Part shown: one piece after another, positions 29,649 through 37,471 of the stretch | How the letters are laid out: each line of letters opens with the position of its first letter | Position numbering within the stretch: the first letter of the stretch is position 1 | From: Clostridia bacterium | Lineage (GTDB): Bacteria > Bacillota > Clostridia > Christensenellales > JBMNLC01 | Length of the DNA: 64,000 nt | Direction: 5' to 3' | NCBI GenBank assembly: GCA_050952525.1 | Contig: JBMNLC010000001.1 | Coordinates: 231,992-295,991 of the forward strand | Program-made: the position numbers and the translations under genes | The notes under the pieces: model-generated | Told to the model about the DNA's origin: nothing | Databases searched by the model: none | Seen by the model: only the letters and a program-made list of their open reading frames with translations

Positions 29649-30536
29649 TTACCCAGCTTTTGCCAAGGAGTTTTTTAATTGAGCGTAATAATACTCTTCA
29701 TATTCTTGCGGTGATAGATATCCACAGTGACTGTGGCTTCTTACGGTATTGTAGAATGTTTCGATGTATTCGAAAACGAGTCTATAAGCATGATTGAAAT
29801 CCTTAATTTTAAAGCAGTACAGCCACTCTCTTTTGATTAGGGCATGAAATGATTCTATGCAAGCGTTCTGCCATGGACTGGCCTTTTGAGAATAGCTAGG
29901 CATTATATTGTTTAAAGCCTCTATATAGGTTCCACAAACATACTGGGAGCCCCGATCAGAATGAAGCACTAAAGGTTGGACGGTACGCCTCAATTCCTTG
30001 GCCTCCAGAACGCATTCCACCACCCATTTTGCTTCTAATGTTTCGGATAGCCTCCAGGCTATAATTCTTCGCGAGAATAGGTCCATGATACTTGTCAAAT
30101 AGACAAATTCCTTTTCTGTATGTATATAGGTGATATCTGTGCACCAAACGGCGTTGGGCTTTTTAGGATTGAACTGTTCGTTAAGCAGGTTTTTAAGGCG
30201 ATTATCGAAGTCTGGGTCGGTAGTAGTTTTTACATAGGGCTTAACATAATGGGCTTTAATTTTCATTTCTCTCATGTAGTTGCCAACAGTTTTTTCGGCA
30301 ACCTTGATTCCTCTCTTCTTGAGCTCTTTTGTGATTTTGGGAGCGCCGTAAATTTGCTTCGATTTTAGATAAACATCTAGGATTAACGCCTTAAGCTCAT
30401 CTTTACGTGAAGGTTTTTTTGTATTGGATTCCCTTTTCTTGAAGCTATTGTAACCGCTTCGTGAGACGCCTAGAATTCGTAGCACCCTGCTGACATTAAG
30501 GCGGCGTCGCCCTTCTCGCTTCAATTCACTTTCCAA
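29649..30536 (-). CDS. IS3-family transposase OrfB (DDE core)
   Basis: VWCTDITYI..HSDRGSQY..PWQNACIESFH..K.E. Confidence 0.85.
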   Translation of the reverse strand: MESELKREGRRRLNVSRVLRILGVSRSGYNSFKKRESNTKKPSRKDELKALILDVYLKSKQIYGAPKITKELKKRGIKVAEKTVGNYMREMKIKAHYVKPYVKTTTDPDFDNRLKNLLNEQFNPKKPNAVWCTDITYIHTEKEFVYLTSIMDLFSRRIIAWRLSETLEAKWVVECVLEAKELRRTVQPLVLHSDRGSQYVCGTYIEALNNIMPSYSQKASPWQNACIESFHALIKREWLYCFKIKDFNHAYRLVFEYIETFYNTVRSHSHCGYLSPQEYEEYYYAQLKNSLAKAG

Positions 30537-30565
30537 TATCGCTGTTTGCGAGAAGATCTCCTTAG

Positions 30566-30855
30566 TCAGTCGCCCAGGATGCCGATTGCTTTTTTTAAGA
30601 TTTCAAGAGCATCTTTCGTATCTCGGAGTTCTTTCCTAAGACGGGCATTCTCTTTAGCCTCATCGGATTCATAGTTTCCAGAACCTCGGTGGACTTCGCC
30701 ACGCTCTTTTGTTTTTTTAACCAGCCATGTAGAGTATTTGTGCTGATCCCCAAATTACGGGCACAAGCATTGATGCTTAAGTCAGAATGATCATGGACAT
30801 AAGATAGAGCATCTTTCTTAAACTGTTCTGTAAATTGTCGGGCCATTCTTTTCAT
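30566..30855 (-). CDS. IS3-family transposase OrfA, with an extra homopolymer frameshift as assembled
   Basis: QFTEQFKKDALSYV...INACARNLGISTNTLHGWLKK. The expected tail (RGSGNYESDEAKENARLRKELRDTKDALEILKKAIGILGD) is in another frame after the T7 run 30712-30718. Confidence 0.75.
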
Positions 30856-31299
30856 CCTCCTAAATATAAATTATCCTATCTGGGAGGAACTGTCCATGTT
30901 TAACTTGTACTATTTTTATACTACCACGGTCCAGCACGGGTATTACTATGCATATGATGACTTGACTCCTATTCCGGAGGATATGGAAAAACGGGATTTT
31001 CGCGGTGGCTGGTTTTTAATTGAGGGTAGAAAGCATTTCAACGGGGGTGTAGCTGATTATCCATTTGACCGTCTAATGAATTTCCGCACGGAAGTAGACG
31101 ATATGCATCATCCAGGCCTATGAATTGATCGCCATTACCCCAATGCACGTGGTGGTTATGTGGAGCTTGGAAATCCTGCCCATATCAAAGGAAAGCGCAA
31201 ATTCGAGGTGGTGGAACTGCTGCCCCAGCGTATTATTGGAAAGCTGGAAGCACCCCCTGAAAGTATTGTGACGGGTGAGGAAAGAATAGTTTTTATACC

Positions 31300-31656
31300 A
31301 TGCCGGAGAATCAGGAAAAGGGAAGCTATATGATAGGCTACACCATTATTCAACCGTCAAATGCAGGGATGTATTTCGATAAGCTCCTCGTCAAAGGTGT
31401 CCTTGCAAAGGATGGTACACCCGCCCCTGAAGGTTATTCGGAATTCTTCCTCGAAGGGGGAAAATTCGTAAAAATTACAGAGGATGTCTTGAATGGCGAA
31501 CCGGGCTGGGAGATTGAGGGATACGAGTGTATAGAGAAAGAAACAGGCTATGCAGTGGATCGCAAACGACAGTTCATCATCAAGCAAAAAGAGTTTGGGA
31601 GGAGCTATGAGTGGTATGTCCCCTGCTGTGAATCTTCAAGTCCGAAGGTGATATAG
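31300..31656 (+). CDS. hypothetical protein (possibly the C-terminal lobe of a GyrI-like effector-binding protein)
   Basis: Likely start is ATG 31330 (MIGYTIIQ). Weak resemblance to GyrI-like domains. The upstream ORFs 30896..31123 and 31124..31331 share one frame, separated by a TGA. Confidence 0.35.
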   Translation: MPENQEKGSYMIGYTIIQPSNAGMYFDKLLVKGVLAKDGTPAPEGYSEFFLEGGKFVKITEDVLNGEPGWEIEGYECIEKETGYAVDRKRQFIIKQKEFGRSYEWYVPCCESSSPKVI

Positions 31657-31740
31657 CAAAGGGACAGGGGCTTTGACTGGCGGCAAATACAATGGATAAG
31701 CTCACCAGACAAAGTCCCTGTCCTCCAGGCTTCTATTTTT

Positions 31741-32760
31741 TTATTGTGCCAGAATCTCTCTCAAAACGTCTTTCCCGTGTATGATACTTAACAACTCATT
31801 TTCAGTTCTTATCATGTCATTCCTTGTCTTGAAGTACCTATTTATTTTCTTGGCAAGCTCCTTGGATTCGCCTTCAATGGAGGAGATAAAATCGACTATG
31901 CTTTTGCCTTCATATATAGTATAAAGATACGGGGCTACGACATATTTCACGTCATGGAGCATGGAGTCTTCCAACCAGTAGTCCACATGTGGGAGGTTTA
32001 TCCTTTTTTTCATAAGTCTTGTGTAAAATTCCAGACCGTCTTCGGTAGATTCCCAGAAGTCCAAATAGGCATAGTCGAACTTATTCAGGAAATCTTCGTT
32101 GTAGTAGTCGAAGGCGTCGCCGTGAATGATCTCCAGTTTCTTATGTGTTGGAAACTGAGGTCTGATGAAGGTTTCAAATAAATGAATGACGTCCCGGTTG
32201 AATTCAACTACCGTTACACTGTCTACTTCATCTTTCAGCAGCCAAAGATATGGCAGGAGCCCGATACCAAGACCCATCGTTAGGCATTTCCCATGGCCTT
32301 TTTCAATCCCATCTTCCATGCTCTTTACTTCACTGATCGCAGGGGACATCCATACCTTATCGCCTTCCTTTAGGACCGGCATTTCAACGTCTGTCTCAAA
32401 GTATCCCATGGGATGGTAGTGGAAGAGGTATTTTCCCATGGGCTTATGAAAATCCATGCTTATTAAAGTTCTTTTCTTTATGGCATCTTTCTCATACCTT
32501 ACGGTCTTGAAACGGACATTGTCAAGCCTGATGTTCCGATAATAGGGATTATCGGTCAGCATTTTCAAATCGTATTTCAAGTTATCATGGGGAACGTTGT
32601 ATTTTTTCAGTATCTCAATCAGTTGTTTTTCCATCTTCGGAGTAAGTACTTTCCCCGTGTATTCCAGGATATGGCTGATGTAATCATTCACATCCACCAT
32701 AGACAGCAGGAGATTCTTCATCGCCGTATCCAGTTCCCTATTTCTTTCAAAACGAATCAT
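31741..32760 (-). CDS. hypothetical protein with a class I SAM-methyltransferase / spermidine-synthase-like core
   Basis: CLTMGLGIGLLP (GxGxG-like), VTVVEFN (acidic end of beta-2) and IIHGDAF (motif resembling D/N-A-F). Long N- and C-terminal extensions have no recognisable domain. Confidence 0.45.
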   Translation of the reverse strand: MIRFERNRELDTAMKNLLLSMVDVNDYISHILEYTGKVLTPKMEKQLIEILKKYNVPHDNLKYDLKMLTDNPYYRNIRLDNVRFKTVRYEKDAIKKRTLISMDFHKPMGKYLFHYHPMGYFETDVEMPVLKEGDKVWMSPAISEVKSMEDGIEKGHGKCLTMGLGIGLLPYLWLLKDEVDSVTVVEFNRDVIHLFETFIRPQFPTHKKLEIIHGDAFDYYNEDFLNKFDYAYLDFWESTEDGLEFYTRLMKKRINLPHVDYWLEDSMLHDVKYVVAPYLYTIYEGKSIVDFISSIEGESKELAKKINRYFKTRNDMIRTENELLSIIHGKDVLREILAQ

Positions 32761-33168
32761 TTGATACCTCGAATCTATCTAGATAATAGTAAAAACAGTT
32801 ATTTTGATAGTACCATACTTTTTACAGCTTTTACAAGTATGAAATATTCAATAAACAGGGGGACCAGAGACTTTATCCGATTGGATTGACTCTTTTCATC
32901 GGTTGTTTTGATACTGCCGAAATTTATAGGCGAATGGGGTCTTTACTTTACGGAGGTTGCTGCTTGGCTAGGAGCTGCAATTCTCCTGATGACTGTATAC
33001 TATATCCGTTTGAAAAGGTTACAGTCATCTGGTGCACAAGGGACAGTGATATGTGCAGCAGGAGATGAGTAACAGACAAGGTGTGATTCTCTGCAGGAGT
33101 CAGGAACTTTATGTAAAACGCTGCTCTATCTTAAGTTAAGTTAGCCCCGGTATTGCACATAGACAAGA

Positions 33169-33208
33169 GGGATGGTCCGGCGGGTGAAGACTCGCCTAAA
33201 ACCATCCC
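33169..33208 (+). terminator. orphan terminator-like hairpin
   Basis: GGGATGGT...ACCATCCC stem with an inner GGCG/CGCC stem, followed by CTTTTA. No annotated plus-strand gene lies upstream. Confidence 0.4.
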
Positions 33209-33486
33209 CTTTTATGTCCCGTTACATATATAGAAAAAGCATCCTTTCGAATTGCGACAGTTGAATTAAAAAATTATGGAAGCATGGAATTTCATCTGTT
33301 TTCATCATTAAGGCGATTTAGGCTCATGGATGTCTGGCAAACGGGAGATGTAGACGCGCAATCTTGGACTTGACGACCATTCCAACGAAAGGGCATAATG
33401 AAAATATCTGTAAAAATATGCGTGTAGAAAAAAGACGAGCGAATATCTTTTCTGTAGACGAATAAAATGAAGTTCATTGCGAACCA

Positions 33487-34896
33487 ATGAATGAAAAGGA
33501 AGCGAATGCCCTTATGGTCTCACGAACCCGTGATATGGATATGTGCAGCGGACCGCTATTCAATAAAATACTTTTCTTTTCCTTACCTATCATGGCTATG
33601 AACATCCTGCAGCTCCTGTTCAATACCGTTGATATGATAGTTGTCGGGCACTTTTCAGGCAGCCAGGCGCTGGCTGCGGTAGGCGCCACAGGCGCCATCA
33701 TTAACCTGATCGTCAACCTCTTTATGGGCTTGTCTGTAGGCACCAGCGTGATTGTAGCCCAGGATTACGGAGCAGGTCAGCCGGTGGCTGTGAGCCGATC
33801 TGTTCACACTTCCATCCCCATCAGCATCATCGGCGGGTTGATTGTCATGGTGACAGGCCTCGTCTTTTGTGAGCCTTTGCTGGTTATCATGGGTACCCCG
33901 GATGACATTTTCGGCTTGTCGGTACTGTATATACGAATCTACTTCATTGGTATGCCTGCCATGATGGTATATAATTTCGCTGCAGCTATCCTACGTGCTG
34001 TAGGTGACAGCCGCCGCCCGATGTACTACCTCATTATTACCGGCATTTTACACGTGATACTCAGCCTGTTCTTCGTGATCGTGCTGCACATGAGTGTTGA
34101 CGGCGTGGCATGGGCTATGGTTATCTCCCAGTATCTTTCAGCGTTGTTGTTTATGATCTGTCTATTGAGGAGTGATGGAGCCATACGCTTCATACCCCGG
34201 CAGATGCGTATTGATGGGCAAAAACTGAGGAACATTGTGAGGATCGGCCTGCCTGCGGGCTTGCAGGGCTTGCTGTTCTCCATTTCCAATGTGCTGATCC
34301 AATCAGCTGTCAATTCCTTCGGCTCTACCATGGTGGCAGCCAGTTCCGCTGCAGGCAATGTGGAAGGATTTGTCGGCACCACAATGAATTCTTATTACAA
34401 TGCAGCCATCACCTTTACGGGGCAGAACATGGGCGCAAAAAAATATAATCGAATTGATACCATTGCAAAGGTGTGTACCGCATTGATATTTGCTACCTGG
34501 ATTGTTTTGGGCGGTACCACATTGCTTTTTGGCAGGCCGCTGCTGGGCATCTACACATCCGATCCGGAGGTCATTGACCTGGGTATGCTGCGCTTGAAGG
34601 TCATGATGGTGGCATATTTCACCTGTGGCACCATGAACGTATATCCGGGCCTGACCCGGGGTATGGGCTATTCCATACTGCCTATGCTTTGCACATTGGT
34701 AGGAGCCTGCCTCATGCGAATCGTATGGCTGGCTACCTTCTTTAGCTGGTACCCAACAGTGATGATGCTCTTTGTCTGCTACCCCATCACCTGGGGATTG
34801 GCAGGCCTTGGCCAGGTGGGCAGTTTCTTCTACGCACGGCATAAGATTCGCAAGCATGCTGTGCCAATAGAACAAGGGCTAGGATATACCAGCTAA
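33487..34896 (+). CDS. MATE-family efflux transporter
   Basis: 469 aa. Typical MATE N-terminus (GPLFNKILFFSLPIMAMNILQLLFNTVD) and 12-TM profile. Confidence 0.85.
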   Translation: MNEKEANALMVSRTRDMDMCSGPLFNKILFFSLPIMAMNILQLLFNTVDMIVVGHFSGSQALAAVGATGAIINLIVNLFMGLSVGTSVIVAQDYGAGQPVAVSRSVHTSIPISIIGGLIVMVTGLVFCEPLLVIMGTPDDIFGLSVLYIRIYFIGMPAMMVYNFAAAILRAVGDSRRPMYYLIITGILHVILSLFFVIVLHMSVDGVAWAMVISQYLSALLFMICLLRSDGAIRFIPRQMRIDGQKLRNIVRIGLPAGLQGLLFSISNVLIQSAVNSFGSTMVAASSAAGNVEGFVGTTMNSYYNAAITFTGQNMGAKKYNRIDTIAKVCTALIFATWIVLGGTTLLFGRPLLGIYTSDPEVIDLGMLRLKVMMVAYFTCGTMNVYPGLTRGMGYSILPMLCTLVGACLMRIVWLATFFSWYPTVMMLFVCYPITWGLAGLGQVGSFFYARHKIRKHAVPIEQGLGYTS

Positions 34897-35095
34897 TGAT
34901 TATTCATATAGACGAATGGATATGAGATTAGAGGGCTGGACTCATATAATGATGGCAAAATACCGAGAGGAAAGATATATAAAATACCGGAGTGATGAAA
35001 AAACAAAAATTAGTTATAAACGAAAAAGGTTAGTAGTGTTGTAGAAAACATACTATATATGAGCTGCAAGAATTCCATGGACAAGGTGAGAATAT

Positions 35096-37171
35096 ATGAA
35101 TACACAAAATCATTGGGCCGAAAAAATGCATATCCATCTTGATGAACAGCAATTGCATGCAGCCCAGCATCAAAAAGGACCTGCCCTGGTTTTAGCCGGT
35201 CCAGGTTCAGGAAAGACCACAGTTATTATTGGTCGGGTATTGTACCTCATAAATGAAATGGGGGTACAGCCGGATAAAATCCTTGCTCTCACTTTTAACA
35301 AGGCAGCTGCTTTAGAAATGAAATATCGATTCAAGAATATTGTTCCTTTCAGTGTAAATGTTGCCTTTTCTACCTTGCATAGTCTATGTTACAGCATTGT
35401 AAGGAAATATGAAAGACTTCGGGGTAAGAAGCTGCGTTTGATAGAAGGCAGTAAAAATGAGGATTTCGATAAGAGGAGAATTCTTAAGAAGATATACCTG
35501 GAACTCAACACAGAGTCCATCAATGATGACCAACTGGATGATCTCATCAATGAGATCGGATTTGTCAAGAACCGGATGATTCAGGACTACAAGGGATATC
35601 ACTTTTCTGTCAAGAGATTTCCCGATATCTACAGAGCATATGAAGCGTACAAAAGCAAAAATTTACTTATGGATTTCGATGACATGCTTGTATATGCCCA
35701 TAGGATTTTAATAAAGATTCCGAGTATACGCCATGAGTATAGACAAAAGTATGAGTATCTCCTTGTCGATGAAGGCCAGGATCTATCAAAGATCCAATTT
35801 GAGATTATCAAATTACTGGTAAATCCCATCAATAATATATACTTTGTAGCTGACGATGATCAAAGCATATATGGTTTCAGGGGAGCAGAGCCCGAATATA
35901 TTCTCAATGTGGATAAAGCATTTCCCAATTGTAAACGGTATCTCCTTGAGACGAATTACCGCTCATCAAAAAATATCGTTGAAATAAGCAGCAGCTTTAT
36001 CAAAGCCAACACCGAACGGTATGATAAAAACCATATGACAAACAATGTAAGTAAGCGGGATCCAGTAATAATAGAGTCAAAGAGTGACAGCGACCAGATT
36101 CAATGTATCCTTAAGATCATAGACCAGGTTGCGAAGCAGAATAATAGTAGTATTGGTATCTTATATAGAAACAATCTATCATCAATCCCTATTGCAGACG
36201 CTTTAAATCGATATGGCATACAATTCAATATCAAGCAACAGAAGCTCAGCTTCTTTACTCATTGGGTTGTACAAGACATACTGGCTTTTTTTCGATTTGC
36301 CTTGAACCAGCGAGACGCAGTATCATTTTCACGAATATGCTACAAAATGAAACGCTTTCTTTCCAAGAATATGGTCGAATACGCTTTGAATCGAAGCAAA
36401 GAGCAATCTCTCCTCGATGACATAGCCGCCTATCAAGGGTTAAAACCATTCCAACGGACTGCTATGGCCGATATAAAAGAAGAGTTTTATTATATTACCG
36501 GATGTACACCAATTTCGGCTATTCAATATATTGAAGATGAATTTGAGTATTTGGATAATTTGAGAAATTTCTGTGATGAACGCGGACAATCCTTTGAGTA
36601 TCTCAAAAGGATACTATCTATTTTGAAAGGTATCGGCGCAGGTTGTTCCAATATTTCCGACTTCATAGAACGTATTTCCCAGCTGGAAGTGTTAATCAAC
36701 AGGAAAACACTCCAACATGCTCGGGAAAATATTACATTATCGACAATTCACTCGTCAAAGGGCTTGGAATATGATACGGTGATTCTGGTTGATTTGTTTA
36801 ATGAAGAGTTTCCTGGCAGCAGAAGCATTGAAGCTGTGAAAAGAAATGATGACTATACATTGTTGGAAGAAGAACGAAGACTGTTTTATGTCGGTATAAC
36901 CCGCGCTAAAGAGCTTCTATACCTGATTACGCCTTTGGGGAAGGAGGCAAAATCCATCTTTGTAGAGGAAATCTCCCGCTGCATGAATGAAAGGACTATG
37001 AATGAATTGGGCGAAGGGATGATCATACACCATAAGTACTTTGGAGAAGGGGTAATTTACCACATCCAGGAACATGGAAATGGACAAGTTCATCTTTCAG
37101 TTGATTTTAATGGAATTGCCAGGAAGCTGGATTTAAATCTATGCATACAGAATAGACTGCTGGACTACTGA
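35096..37171 (+). CDS. UvrD/Rep/PcrA-family ATP-dependent DNA helicase
   Basis: Walker A (LAGPGSGKTT), Walker B (LLVDEGQDLS), YGFRGA, TNYRSS, TIHSSKGLEYD and VGITRAK motifs. The C-terminal HHKYFGEGVI resembles the PcrA/UvrD Tudor-like tail. Confidence 0.85.
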   Translation: MNTQNHWAEKMHIHLDEQQLHAAQHQKGPALVLAGPGSGKTTVIIGRVLYLINEMGVQPDKILALTFNKAAALEMKYRFKNIVPFSVNVAFSTLHSLCYSIVRKYERLRGKKLRLIEGSKNEDFDKRRILKKIYLELNTESINDDQLDDLINEIGFVKNRMIQDYKGYHFSVKRFPDIYRAYEAYKSKNLLMDFDDMLVYAHRILIKIPSIRHEYRQKYEYLLVDEGQDLSKIQFEIIKLLVNPINNIYFVADDDQSIYGFRGAEPEYILNVDKAFPNCKRYLLETNYRSSKNIVEISSSFIKANTERYDKNHMTNNVSKRDPVIIESKSDSDQIQCILKIIDQVAKQNNSSIGILYRNNLSSIPIADALNRYGIQFNIKQQKLSFFTHWVVQDILAFFRFALNQRDAVSFSRICYKMKRFLSKNMVEYALNRSKEQSLLDDIAAYQGLKPFQRTAMADIKEEFYYITGCTPISAIQYIEDEFEYLDNLRNFCDERGQSFEYLKRILSILKGIGAGCSNISDFIERISQLEVLINRKTLQHARENITLSTIHSSKGLEYDTVILVDLFNEEFPGSRSIEAVKRNDDYTLLEEERRLFYVGITRAKELLYLITPLGKEAKSIFVEEISRCMNERTMNELGEGMIIHHKYFGEGVIYHIQEHGNGQVHLSVDFNGIARKLDLNLCIQNRLLDY

Positions 37172-37471
37172 CGGGTATTTGAGCGATTCGTGAGATGTAA
37201 TTTGAGACCTTACATAAGAGACGCCGGGAATATTGGAATCCTCAGAGGTAGTCATCAGTGGCATCGGCCCCCGATATGACTGGGTGATGATCATGATTTT
37301 GGTCACTTGCTGCAAGTCCATGTACTGTGGTAATATTAGAACAGGAGCTGATTGGTAATAAATTCTCTAATACATTTTGTGCATTTGCTTTTCGTTATGC
37401 TCCCTTTGATTTTCCTTTCTAGTACCATGAGAATGAAATGATTCAAATAATCAAATAAAGGAGAGAGAAGT

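Larger units (their letters stand above)
29609..30926 (-). mobile_element. IS3-family insertion sequence (copy 2, unrelated in sequence to copy 1)
   Basis: Inverted repeats: 29621-29647 GTACAACCTAAACTAGGACAGATTCCC against the reverse complement of 30882-30910 (GTACAAGTTAAACATGGACAGTTCCTCCC). orfA/orfB are present with an A7G slippery site (complement of 30589-30596). Outer ends are approximate. Confidence 0.8.

Noticed and set aside
32886-33068. Listed 60-aa plus-strand ORF.
   Set aside because: The translation is Cys/Arg-rich and looks non-natural. The overlapping frame at 32908..33072 is more protein-like (see findings), but that is also weakly supported.
35096-37171. UvrD-like helicase as the GajB component of a Gabija defence system.
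   Set aside because: No GajA-like ATPase/TOPRIM gene, nor any other partner, is adjacent. The flanking genes are a MATE exporter and a glycoside hydrolase.
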